Positions 1-34,525 of a DNA stretch of 64,000 nucleotides are shown one piece after another. The translations under genes were made by a program, and so were the position numbers. The stretch lies in the NCBI RefSeq assembly GCF_009914755.1, contig NC_060936.1; one strand, written 5' to 3'. Within the stretch, counting starts at the first letter, position 1. Every line of letters begins with the position of its first letter. Below the pieces are notes generated by a model, which was given only the letters and a program-made list of their open reading frames with translations, had not been told where the DNA came from and did not search any database. Origin of the DNA: the human T2T-CHM13v2.0 reference genome, Homo sapiens.

Positions 1-230
1 GGATGGTCTTGATCTCTTGACCTCGTGATCCGCCTGCCTCGGACTCCCAAAGTGCTGGGATTACAGGCGTGAGCCACTGCGCCCGGCCTAATTTTTTTTT
101 TTTTTTTTTTTTCAGTAGAAAAGGGGTTTCACTATGTTGGTCAGGCTGGTCTTGAACTCCCGACCTCATGATCTGCCCACCTCGGCTTCCCAAAGTGCTG
201 GGATTACAGGCATGATCCACCGCGCCCGGC
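1..230 (-). mobile_element. Alu fragments
   Basis: Alu left-arm sequences (...cccaaagtgctgggattacaggcgtgagccac...) separated by poly-T. Confidence 0.9.
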
Positions 231-249
231 ATGGCTTCATCCTTTCAAC

Positions 250-630
250 ACCTCTAAAAGGTAGGTATTATTATCCCCATTTTATAGATAAGGTAACTGA
301 AGCTTAGAGAAGTTAGAAGACTTCTCAAATAAGCCAGTAAATGGAGCAGCCAGAATTCAAACCAAATAGTCCATCTCTAGTAGCCATGCTATTAACCACT
401 CCCATCCACCAGTTCATTTGAGAGGAAATACCTCTTATTGGACTGGTCACAGATAAGGACAGAAGTATTCAAGTTTATATAAACCTGATTTTTAATCCCA
501 GCTCTGCCACTTACTAGTTGTTTGACCTTGGGCAAGTTATTTAATCTCTCTGAGAGTCAGTCTCTATCCAATGAAAGGCGATAATAGTATCAGGATTAAA
601 ATATGCTCAAAAATTTATAGGACAGTGCCT
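250..630. mobile_element. MIR fragments
   Basis: MIR core motifs (attatccccattttatagataagg; gaccttgggcaagttatttaatctctctgag). Confidence 0.7.
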
Positions 631-731
631 AATGATCTCTGTTCTTAATATCAGACTTGATATAGGAGGTCAGAGGGAAGAAAACCCCACAGGAGCCCTG
701 ATGGGAAATCTGTGATCCCATCCCCAGCCTA

Positions 732-13556
<12,825 letters not shown>

Positions 13557-13689
13557 TCATTACCTAAGCACTTCCCACTGACAAGCTATGAGTTTCATCC
13601 TCATAAAATTACTTGGAGGTAGGCAACAAGGGTATCCCCAATCAACAGGTGAGAACCCAAGACACAGTCAGGACAAGAAACTTGCCCAA

Positions 13690-14269
<580 letters not shown>

Positions 14270-14285
<16 letters not shown>

Positions 14286-14395
14286 GAAGGAAGGAAAAAA
14301 GGAGGGAGGGAGGGAGAGAGGGAAGGAAGGGAGGGAAGGGAGGGAAATAAAATAAAATAAAATAAAATAAAATACAAAGAAAAGAAAAGAAGAAA
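14270..14395 (+). repeat. (GGAA/GGGA)n and (AAAAT)n simple repeats
   Basis: Directly visible. Confidence 0.85.
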
Positions 14396-14659
14396 GAGTT
14401 GCCCAAAGATCCAGCAGCCACATAAGTGAGAGAACCACGATTCTAAACCAGATTTGTCTGACCCCAAAGCCAGTATACTTGAAAATTTCCCTAAAAGGCA
14501 CTGTTTGTTGGTGGTCACAAACTCAAGTGCCCAAGTCAATGAGTGAAGCAGCTTATGGTTCAGAACTGGGAGGAAAAGAGTTCATACCCTGTGCATGGGG
14601 CAGGCACCACCCAGCAGCTGTAGACTGTTGCCACTGGGTCCCAGTGGGTCCCGATCTGA

Positions 14660-14940
<281 letters not shown>

Positions 14941-14999
14941 CCAGCTAACAGTGATAATCCTAAGGCTCTTCAGCTTCCTCACTGCACCCCAGTCACAAG

Positions 15000-15360
15000 A
15001 ACCTCTTTGCTGTTTCCCAACACACCCCGCACAGGCCAGCCTGGGACCTCAGTGCCTGCTGTTCCCTCTGTCTGGAACAAGAGCTCCTCCAGGTCACATC
15101 CCAAATGTCCCCTTATCAGTGAGGCTCCCTCTGACCACCCTATTAAAATAGCAACCCCCTTTCCTGGAGCTCTCTATCTTTTTCCCAGCTTTATGCTTTT
15201 TCTCCATAGCTCTAATCAGCAACTGCCATTCTATATATTTTTCTTATGTGTTCATTTTCTGTCTCTCCTGACTGGAATGTCAGCCTTATGAAGGCAAGGA
15301 TTTTGACCTGCTGTGCTCACTGCTGTATCCACAACCCTTAGAAGGACCTAAACAAGTGTT
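15000..15360. mobile_element. L2 fragment
   Basis: L2 3'-end-like motifs (ctgttccctctgtctggaac; gactggaatgtcagccttatgaaggcaagga). Confidence 0.6.
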
Positions 15361-15362
15361 CA

Positions 15363-15670
<308 letters not shown>

Positions 15671-16396
15671 AATGTTCATTGAGTAGATGGATGACTGGAT
15701 GGATGGACGAATGATACTCCATGCACTTTCTCTATGCTTTAAACTGTTCAAGATCTTTTCACATCCCTAATTCCATCTGATCTTCACCAAAACCCTGAGA
15801 AACTGGTCCTGTTGCCCCCTGGGGCACAAGACAAATTTGAAAGGAAAAATATATATAAACAAAAACTGAGGTCCATGGCAGTTTTATATGGCTGGCCCAA
15901 GTTATAGAGATCATGGTAACCAAATCAGTCCCAGATCCCACATTTCCTGGAGGAAATGTCATGAACTGAGGTGGGAGGACTCCATGATGATACCTTTAAT
16001 GTGACTCCTGGCTGAGCCCAGGTCAGAATAAGATGAGGCTGACAGCACTGTCATCCATGCATGCCTGTGTCCCCACCAGGGCCACACTCCTCTATGCTCA
16101 CAGAGTACCCTGAGGGGTCCCTTGTAATTAAACCTGCTGAGCTAGCAGCACTGACATTTGTACTCACTCGGGGACAGGATGGAGGAATACTCAGCACTTG
16201 CCCCAGGTGGCCATAGAATGAGAGCTCAAGCCAGATGGGCAGCGCTTGAAGCAGACACCCAGGGACCCACACGCAGAAGGCAGGCTGGGGAATTCTCTGC
16301 ATACCCCAAACCTCCCATCCCTGAGTCACCCTCAGCCAAGATCTGTCGGCACCCCTTCTCCTATATCCCACAGAGCAGCACGTCCTTCAACCTCCT

Positions 16397-16690
16397 TTTG
16401 TTTTTTGGTTTAAGACGGAGTCTCACTCTGCCCCACCTAGGCTGGAGTGCAGTGGCACAATCTCAGCTCACTGCAACCTCTGCCTCCTGGGTTCAAGCAA
16501 TTCTGCCTCGGCTTCCCCATAGCTGAGATTACAAGCACCTACCACCACACCCGGCTAAATTTTGTATTTTTAGTACAGACAGGGTTTAACCATGTTGGCC
16601 AGGCTGGTCTCGAACTCCTAACCTCAGGTGATCTGCCTGTCTCGGCCTCCCAAAGTGCTGGGAGTATAGGCATGAGCCACCATGCCTGGC
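16397..16690 (-). mobile_element. AluS
   Basis: Full-length Alu; flanking ccttcaacct duplication. Confidence 0.9.
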
Positions 16691-18649
16691 CCCTTCAACC
16701 TCTTAACATCACCAACAGCACCATCTGGAAGGACAGATCAGGAATACAAGACTTTTGGTCAGGCTGGCATTTGGAAAAGGTCACCAAAGAAAGCCTTGCT
16801 CTTCAAAATACTTCATTAGAAGCATGATCTTTGGCATGAGACCAGGGTTCCAAACCTTAGCGTGATTATTTGCTAGCCACACTGCCTTGGGCAAGTTATT
16901 TAACCTCTCTGTGTCAGTACCTTCATCTGCAAAATGGAAATGATAATGGTCCTCAGGAAAGAATCTAATAATGCCTGTCAAGAAGTACACACTTGAAAAA
17001 TATTAGTTCTTCTCCTCACTCTACAACACTTTAAACCCAAACCTCTGTCATCGTCAAGAGATGGAAAGATGAGGAAATCATGAGCAAGAACACACGTCTT
17101 TCTAGCCAGTCAGATGCCTGGTTCTATCAGTCCCTGTGTCCTTGGCTGTCAGTCCCCAGAGCTGCTGGAGACAGAGCCCAGAGTGAGCAGGTTTCCCACC
17201 ACCATCCACCACCCACAACATTTTGCTTCAGCCTCCTCCATTCACCAGTCCCCTTCCCTGTTCTTATCTCCCCCCACACACCACCCCCACCAGCACTGGC
17301 CCGGACCTGTTCCCAAAGGACTAGTTTCTGGCCATGTTCCAAGCCCCCTGGAAACACATCCTAGCATCTGGCTCATACTCACAGAGAAAGGGGCAAATGC
17401 TATCCAGGAGAATGCATGACCCTCCCAGGAACACTCTGACCCCCCCCAAGGGGATAGCTTCAGAGCTATGTAATTGTCCAACCAACTGCAACCATCCCAC
17501 CCTGGGCTCCACTCCAGGCACTGCCCATCCCGCAGAACTTGCCGGCCTCCCAACATTTCTGGCACCCCATGCCAGACTGGTATGGCAGGAAACAGGGTAG
17601 AGCACTGTTCCAAGCCACAAAATTTCTCTATATGGTCCCCCAACCCACTTTGTCCAGCAACCCATCACTATGAGCCCTGGGAGCACAGACCACCTCCCTC
17701 CTCCCCAGAGTCAGGCTCCTAAGCCTTGTGCCTCTACCTTCTCCTCCCCTGAGTGTTGGTCCATTTGCACTCTCACAGATCTGCTGTTCTTCATACCACC
17801 GGCTCCCACAGCCACAGCCATGTCCCATTCAGCCTGGCAGGCCCAGGCTCAGTGCCTCCCAGACCTCAAGTCCCTCCCAAACCCTGATCAGGCTGAGACC
17901 AGAGTTTGGAACCAGCCAAGGCCAAGGCCCAGCCCTAAGGATGGCTCTGCCCACTGCCTTGCCAAGCCTTCCTGGCCACCTCCTGTCTATCCCATCCCCA
18001 GGGCCCATCTGCCCCTGCCCTCCTTGGCAAAAGGAGGCTCCAGGGGATTAAAAACGACTTCAGAAAGTTCATGGTAAGAGGCACTGCCCAGGCGGGGCCC
18101 AGCAGTGCCAGCACCACCCACCATACTCGGACATGGGCCTCAATTCTTCAATTCTGGGCCTTTCCAGATGTAGAGGAGCCTACCCAGGGCCTGTATCTGT
18201 CGGTCCAGTGCCCGCTGCCGCCTTCTCCCATCCCCAGTCCTCACTCTCCCTAAAGATTACAGAGGGCTCCCACATCACCCTTTACTATGCAACCCCCACC
18301 AGGTCCCTCCAGCTCACAGGGGTAATCTGGTAAGGAGAGGATATGGGCAAAGAGGCTCCCACGCCTGATTCCACCTCTAGCCTTTCAGTCGAGCCCCAGA
18401 GTCTGCTTTGAATAAAGTCAGCTCCCCTGCCCACCCTGCGGCAGGCCTTGGGGGATGTGGGGAGCCGACCCCACCCCTTTCATTCCCAAGGTTTTGGGTG
18501 AGGGGAAGGAGAGGGACTCCCGCAGACAGAGGGCATCCCTCCCTCTGCCCAGGCCGGTTCCTCTCCCCTAAATGGAATCTCCCCCAAACTCGGAGACACC
18601 CCACAGCCCCGCAGCAAAAAACTCAGGCCAGCCCCTCCCCCAGTACGTG

Positions 18650-19650
18650 CCAGATCCTCCTGGCCTCCGGGCCAGCCTGGAACTCGCCCCGTGGAGGGAG
18701 GCAGGCGGCGGGCGACGGGGGTGGCGAGCGCCGGACCTAGGAGTCCTCGATCCCACTGCCTCCATGACTTCCCTTTGCCAACCCCAACTCCCTCGGGCAA
18801 CACTGCCGAGACGACCCGTCCAAGGCTTCGGCGCCCCCACCCACAAACTCTTGTCGAGAGCCGCTCGGGTGCGTTCCAATCCTGGCGCACCGGGAGCCCG
18901 AGCGGCCACTTCCCCTAGCCCTCAGCGCGCTCACCTGCCGGCCCGGCTCCGCGCCTGCCCTGGGCCCCCGCCCCGCCGCCCCCGCGGGCTCCGGCCGGCC
19001 GGCCGGCCGTCCCGCGGTCCTCCGAGCCCGCGCGTCCTGGCCGTCCCGCCCGCCGTCCGCCGTCCGCCGTCCGCCCGGCCCTCGCCCCCTCCCGAGCTGT
19101 CCAGCGCAGCCGCCCTCTACCCCGGATCCAGAAGTCCCCTCCCCGCTGGCTCCCGGACTCCCCGCCTTAAAGGCACAAGCTCCTTTTGTCTGGGCATCCC
19201 CCTCCCCCTCCCCAGAAGTGGGGGCCGAGTTGCCCACTCCCCTTCCTAGCAGCGGGGTAGGGGCGGAGGAGGCCAAATAATGGGACCCCTCCCTCCGCGC
19301 GCCCCCTCCTCTCCTCCGGCCGCTTCCTCCCCCAGTCCTGGGAAGACAAGCAGCTACTGTTCTGGGATCAAGACCCCGCGGGGAGGGGACCTCGCAGCCC
19401 GGTCCCCTTCCCTTCACCCCGGCCGCCTCCTCCGGCATTCCTCTCCCGCCCTCACCCCGGGGGTCCCCGAGCGCGCCCGCAAACCCACCCCTCACGGCTA
19501 CATCCCCCGCCCCGCCCACCGAGGGTCGCCTTCCTTCCTGTCAGGGTCCCAGGGGTTGGGCCGGCGCCCCGCGCCCACTCTTCATCCCCAATTCCTCCCT
19601 GCCCCTGCCCCACCCCAGCCCCCACCTAGCCATTCCCGCCCTGCCTGTCA
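18650..19650. promoter_or_regulatory. CpG island / ADCY6 promoter (likely bidirectional)
   Basis: Very high GC and CpG density, several GC boxes (CCCGCCC). Confidence 0.85.
18935..19120 (-). other. ADCY6: ADCY6 non-coding first exon (5' UTR); TSS approximate
   Basis: Consensus donor GGCAG|GTGAGC at 18935/18934 inside a CpG island. Confidence 0.75.
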
Positions 19651-20560
19651 CGGCCCTGCGCCCTCCCGCGGGAACTCAGTTTAATAATTAATTAAGCTCT
19701 CATTCCACAAGGCGCCAGGTGTGTGCGGCCTGCTTGCCCGCACACCACTTCTTTCCTCTTCCCCCCAGTCTCTGGGGCAGCGGCCCCGAGGCGAACCTCG
19801 GGGCCCAGTGGAGGGACCCAGGGAAGGGGCACTCTCCCTGCCGCCCCCACAACCCCCCGCCCTACTCTCTGGGAGCCCCTCCCCCGCACCTGCCAACTTG
19901 CAGCCTCACCCCCAGGCATCTTTTACCCAAAGGGCTGTGCTTCTCTGCTGGGGGTTGGAGGGGCTACTGGGGTGCATTGCTAAGTGCACGAACTGAGAAA
20001 CTGGGTCTTTAGTTATTTCCAGCACGGAGCAGCTGCCCAAGTTACCTGGGAGATGGGAAAATCGTGTGAAAGCTGGTTAACCCTTTGAGGATTAGAGTAA
20101 TGGTGGAAGCAGAAAGGAGAAGGAGTTTCACTCCAGGATGTACGTAGGTGAGTGTGACTTTAGAGGGGGTGCCATTCTGGAGCTGGGAAGAAGGCAGCCT
20201 GCCTGGCTTCCTTTTGAGGCCCCCTCTCCATTCCCTCAGTCAGACCTCTAGCTCCTCCTTCCAATTCAGCCCTTCCCCAAGCAGCCTATTCCCCACCCAA
20301 GATCCCAAGACCTAGGTATCTGAAGATGCTTCCTCCTCAGGACCAGCCCTCCCTGCAGTCCTGTCCTTCAAGACTCAAGTCTTGTCCACTCCAAATCACC
20401 ACTGGGATTCCTAAGTCCAGGACAGAGCTTCAGGCAAGGAAAAGAAGAGTTGGGAAAGCCAGTTTCCAACATTTATCAGCCACGTGTACCTGCAAACTAT
20501 ATACCTTGGGTAAATCATCAATCTCTTGAAATGGGAATAAAACCATCTGCCTTGTCTTTC
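19180..20560 (+). ncRNA. Candidate divergent lncRNA from the ADCY6 promoter (ADCY6-DT-like); bounds approximate
   Basis: Unique sequence downstream of the CpG island on +, AATAAA at 20536-20541; a divergent transcript is recalled at this locus. Confidence 0.4.
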
Positions 20561-20727
20561 TTACAGGGTTTTCAGAATCAGATAGAGAAATGTTTGTTAT
20601 AATGTTTGAAAATGGGAAAGTGGTACTTTCTCATTTCTCAGTTGTGCAGGCCTGGCCTGCAATTTGATCTTTGGGGCCTCTTTGCCTGACTTCTCACTTC
20701 AAAATTTCCTTAAAAATTGTTTTTGCT

Positions 20728-21037
<310 letters not shown>

Positions 21038-21154
21038 TCAAAATACCTGAATCAGGTTATCTACCACTTACGCTTAGAATAATGTGCTCATGAGCCACAT
21101 GGGGAAAATGCAAAAAACAATTGAGATAAATATGCGTTAAAAAATGAAATTTTA

Positions 21155-21461
<307 letters not shown>

Positions 21462-21471
21462 TTAAATTTTA

Positions 21472-22559
<1,088 letters not shown>

Positions 22560-22991
22560 TAACTCTGACAAAGAGAAGAAAGAGAGAGGCAGTCAGCAGG
22601 AACTGTATTTCTCCACGTCTAGCTTGCTTGATCTCAACGACCTTTTTTTTTTTTTTTTAATAATACAGACCATAGTCACAAGAGTGATGTATTTTCAATC
22701 TCTCATTTTCAGGAAGAGGAAACTCTTACAAGCAGAATGTATTATATGTAAGTGTAAGCTTCACACAGCCAAAAGTGTATCTGGACAACACTCTATACAT
22801 AAGCAGTGTTGAAAACACCCTGCAATGTAACTAACGGATAGGCTTGAGTGCCCTGAGCCTTCCTTGGGTTGTTTGGGTTACAGCTAAACTAGCCTCTGCC
22901 TACGCCCTTTTACAAAGCAAAGATTCCTTTTACAATGCAAACAACCATTCCCTAGCTTTTCTGTCTTAAAGATCAAAAGTCTGCACAATTT

Positions 22992-23660
<669 letters not shown>

Positions 23661-23869
23661 CACATTCATTCAATCTAGCAAATATGCCTTGTCCATTTCA
23701 CTACCCCTAACATCACTGCTGCTACCACCACCACCACCATCACCACTCCAGAGACTCACAACCCCTTCTACTTCCAGGGTTGGAATAGGCTCTGGCCAAC
23801 TCCATTTCCACCGCCACCACCACCACTACCCTTGAGAATGGGCTCAACTCCAGGGGGATACAAAATCCC

Positions 23870-25470
<1,601 letters not shown>

Positions 25471-26039
25471 TAATGACCTGCCTTGGCTCTCTCTGCATGG
25501 TTTATGCATATCAAATAATTATCAACAATCGACAAATATTTATTGAGTTCCTACCACGTCCCAGGCGCTGTGCTACGCACTGGAAGTTACAGCCCAGAGG
25601 AGAAGGCCCACTCCACCTCCTTCTGCCCTACTGCCATAGGAGCTCTAGTTTGAGGAAGCTACTGCCCATCCCAACCTCACCCCATTTGCAGGGCGAGAGG
25701 CACACCCATTACCCCACCCTACCCACCCCTGCACTCTATTCCAATGCCGATCTGGAACTGATGGGGTGGGGGCAGTATTTACAGTTGGAGAATTGATGCC
25801 ATAAAAAGAAGAGTCCAAAGTCCTCTTAAAGGTCTCAGAGCAAAGACCAGGAGAGCCCAAAGCTTCCAGAGTGGAGAGGGAGTACAGCTAGGGCCATGAG
25901 GATGAGGCAACTCTTGGTGCCCACACCACTGCTAGTCCTTCTCTGGGTTTCCAGAGCCCAGACTTCCTCAGTCTTCACTATCCCATTCCGCCAGCACCTA
26001 TTCCCTCGTCCCCACCTTAGTAAATGTCTGGGTCTTGTA

Positions 26040-26071
26040 TGCCCTCTGGTGGCACAATCATGGTACTGCAG
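26040..26071 (-). promoter_or_regulatory. CTCF motif with upstream (U/M2) module
   Basis: Minus strand CTGCAGTACC-ATGATTGT-GCCACCAGAGGGCA. Confidence 0.7.
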
Positions 26072-26719
26072 CCCATAGTTAGTTCCCAACTTTTCGCTAC
26101 TCAATCTATAGTCTTCTCTGGCTCACGGCTCCTAGGGGCAGTATGGGAAATTCTGGAAATCAGGGAAGGGCTGGAACACTGGTCTCTGGGTGTTGGAGGG
26201 ATGAGCGCACCCTCCATCTAGTTTTATACGCAATGCCAGATTCGTCTTTTATGAGTTGAATTAACCATGTTTGAGCACCTACTGTGAACTGATCCCAGTC
26301 ACCAACCCGCTGACCCAAGCTCAGATGACTGGCCACTCCTACCAAAAGCTTAGAGTCTGGAGCTGGGGGGTGTGAAGAAGCAAGAGCGGTTTAGAATTCA
26401 TTCTGCTTTCAGCAGCAGTGTCAGAAGCCCGAACTTGACCCTCCTATCATTCCTGCTGCCTAATTTCTCTTTGTTCCTGCCTGTTTTTTACGCCTTATAC
26501 TCTTGCCTTTCTATCAGTTCTGTGAGCAAGTTATTCACTATCCTTCCAACAAATGTCATTTCTGCTCCCATTAGTTGGAGTCTGTTTCTGTTTTTACAAT
26601 CAAGATGACTGGTATGTGTTGGGCAATTCATCAAGCCTTTCTGGGCCTTAGTTTCCCCCTTAGTAAAAAAGGGAGGATAGCAATGACTTCCATGCACAAG
26701 GCCATTTTTATTAAACAAG

Positions 26720-27241
26720 TGTATTAGTTCTCTATTGCTGCGTAACAAATTACCACACATTTAGCAGCCTAAAGCAACACACGTTTACTGTTTCATAGTT
26801 TCTGCCTATCAGGAGACTGAGCATAGCTCAGTGGGGTCCTCTACTTCAAGGTCTCACAAAGCTACAAGCAAGATGTTAGCTGAGGCTTCAGTCTCATCTA
26901 TGGTTGGAATAAGGAAGGATCCAATTCCAAGCTCATGTGGTCGTTGATAGGATTCAGTTCCATATGGGCTGGGCTGCTGGACTGAGGGCCTCAGGCACCT
27001 TTCCCTTAGGCCTCTGCCACATGGCAGCATGTCTTCATCCAAGCCAGCAAGAAGAGATTCCGCTAGCAAACAGAAGTCAATGGTCTCTTATAGCCTCATT
27101 ATAGAAGTGCCGTCCATCACCTTCTGATGGATCAGAAGTAAGTCTCTAGGCCAGCCCACAGTCAAGGGGAGGGGATTACTCAAGGGCATGAATACCAAGA
27201 CGTGGGGATCATTTGTGGCCATCTCAGGTTTGCCTGTCACA
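26720..27241. mobile_element. MaLR solo LTR (MLT1E/F-like)
   Basis: TGTATTAGTT...CTATTGCTGCGTAACAAATTACCAC start and ...TGCCTGTCACA end (TG...CA). Confidence 0.8.
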
Positions 27242-27423
27242 ATGTGGTAGCTGTTAGTCATCTTTCAAGGACTCCTCAAAATGCCACTTCCTTCTTGAGG
27301 GCTTTTTAAATTCTTCCCCCACCCAAACCCATCAAAGTTAACCCCTCTTACAAATGATGAAACTTGAAAGTGTGCTGGATATTAGATGGAATTATGTTTA
27401 ATTGTGTTAGGGAAGGGTAATGT

Positions 27424-27730
27424 TATTTTTTTATTTTTTTATTTTTTTTTGAGACGGAGTCTCGCACTGTCACCCAGCTGAAGTTCAGTGGCAGGATCTC
27501 AGGTTCGCTGCAACCTCCATCTCCCGGGTTCAAGTGATTCTCCTGCCTCGGCCTCCTGAGTAGCTGGGATTACAGGCGCGTGCCACCAAGACCGGCTAAT
27601 TTTTGTATTTTTAGTAGAGACAGGGTTTCACCATGTTGGTCAGGCTGTTCTTGAATTCCTGACCGCATGATCCGCCCGCCTCGGCCTCCCAAAGTGCTGG
27701 GATTACAGGCGTGAGCCACCGTGCCCGGCC
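27424..27730 (-). mobile_element. AluS
   Basis: Full-length; TSD gggtaatgttattt. Confidence 0.92.
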
Positions 27731-27774
27731 GGGTAATGTTATTTTGACACTAAGAAATTCCCCCTAATTTTAAC

Positions 27775-29290
<1,516 letters not shown>

Positions 29291-29381
29291 GTTGAAATAT
29301 GTTCTTTCTGAGTGATACTACTGAAGTATTTCTTGGTGGACTATCATGATGCCCACACTTTTCTTTAAGATATTTTACTCA

Positions 29382-29700
<319 letters not shown>

Positions 29701-30024
29701 GATATTTTAGAGTAGTAAGGAGAGGGTCATAGGGACATCCTCCCTTTTACTCCCAGTCTCCTTGGCTAAATAGTTGCCATGGAAAAAGTAGATTTTGCTC
29801 TTTCCAGAAGTGGTCCAGGAAGCCAGCTCTGTATATGTGTGTAAGAGGTGAGAGAGACTGAAAAGATTAACAATATCAAACTTTCTCATCTCACAAGCCT
29901 CAAAGGGCCTGTATGTGAGTGCAGATAACTGAAATCGGTTATCTCCCTGATCCTTGCCGGCATATCACACAAATGTTTGGGAGTAACACTGGGGACAAGG
30001 GTCGTCTCCCCCCCACCCCGCCCC

Positions 30025-31270
30025 CACACTGGAAGTTTTATTTCTTTAGGATTCTATCCCAACCACTCGCTTAAAAATCAAGTAACACAGACCTGAGGGG
30101 TAGGAGCTGGGGACTGCACCTCCCTGCTACTCATGGAGGACAGCAGTGCGAACGAGGGAGGGGCAGGAGAGGCGGCTGAAGCAAGGCAGCAGCAGAGGTA
30201 ACGGGGCCACGACCTCAGAGAACCAGCTCCGTCCTCTCCCAGACCCTGGCTGGAGCCCCTATGGCTTGGGGTGGGGAGTGGGAGTACCCACCCCAGGCCC
30301 TCCCCTTCCTTCCTCAGACAGCCTCCTTGAGGGCTCAAGCCATTTCTTCTGGCAGGAGACTGAGGCACACGGAGAGGAGGAAGTGGAAGAGGAGGATGCA
30401 GGAGAGGCAGGGTGGTGGCTTGAATGAAGGCAGAGGTGACAGGCGTGGGCAAGGCCACTCCATCCCACCCACCCTGGAGAGGGGCAAGGAAGCCACACCA
30501 TCAGGCAGCATGTCGGGTATGGGGGAACAAGGCAGGGTTTAAGGCTGAGCAGCCCAGGGCAGGCAGGGCAGCCCAGGGCAGGCAGGACCTCGGGCCTCAG
30601 TCAAAGCCGTGCCAGTCGCTGTGCTCCGAGTAGTATTCCAGCTTGGCACCCATGCATTTGACACCGTCCAGCAGCATGCATGTGCCATGGCGTCAGCCCA
30701 TGATGCAGGCTTGCACCTTCCGCGCACGCAGGTGCTGGTGCCACCTTCCCAGACTAGTAGCATCCCCTCTTTGAGGACCCCTTCTTTGTGCGCCTAGTAC
30801 TCGCACTTGACACTATAACCTTCAGGGAAGGGTAGGACGCTGAGAAGCTTCAGGTGCAGGCTGGGGACAAGTGCCTGGCGGACGTCCTTGCTCAGCCTGT
30901 GCACTGGGACGGAGCAAAGGTAATCTCATACCTGTGCAGGATCTTCAGGAACCTTGACCAGAAAGCTGCTGTCCCTCTCCTGGATGACCATGACCACCGA
31001 GTCCTGCAACTTCTCATCAAAGTGGACGTGGCTTTGGGAGCCCTCTGCATCGTGGCCTGTCACAAAGTGGATACTCCGGAATCTGGGCTTGCTGCCTTTG
31101 TTGGTTGCAGCCATGGACCCCCTCCCTGCCACGCAGCTTCCGCAGGACCAAGCCACTCATGCCCAGCAGCCTCCCATGCTCCGGGGACAACAGCAGGAGC
31201 CTTGCAGGGTGCAGCCCGGGGCGGACAGGGCAGGGACGACCGCTGAGGCGGTGGCAGGGTCTCAACGCTG
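30025..31270 (-). pseudogene. Processed pseudogene of C20orf27/ADISSP (CDS remnant 30597-31114)
   Basis: MAATNKGSKPRFRSIHFVTGHDAEGSQSHVHFDEKLQDSVVMV...SEHSDWHGFD* matches recalled C20orf27 protein; intronless; three frameshifts, in-frame TAG at 30794-30796; AATAAA at 30037-30042. Confidence 0.9.
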
Positions 31271-31529
31271 AGCACAAGGAAGGGAGCAAGGCTCCTCTTT
31301 TAATTTGGTTTTCAGTCAGTTGGAACTCAGTCCTTAGTTTAGGACTGGAGCTTGGGAAAAGAGAAGTGAAGAAGAGGAAGATTTTCAATTACTACTGGGC
31401 TTGCTTCAGACTGGATCCAAGGCTCACTGCCTTTGCAGCAAGGAGCAGGAATTGCCTAGTCACGTCATGCAGTCATGTCCCCAGGAAAAACATGAACAAT
31501 CACAGCTTTTCCTTTCTGGGCCTCTCCTC

Positions 31530-32795
<1,266 letters not shown>

Positions 32796-32872
32796 TGCCT
32801 CTGCTCTTTGTTATCCTCATTTCTCTCCTTCTTTCTAAGGTAACATCCTCCCTGATTAAGAAAAATACCACC

Positions 32873-34525
<1,653 letters not shown>

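Noticed and set aside
18480-19684. Long overlapping ORFs (up to 260 aa) in the ADCY6 CpG island
   Set aside because: Stop-poor GC-rich sequence, low-complexity P/G/R/A translations, mostly non-ATG starts
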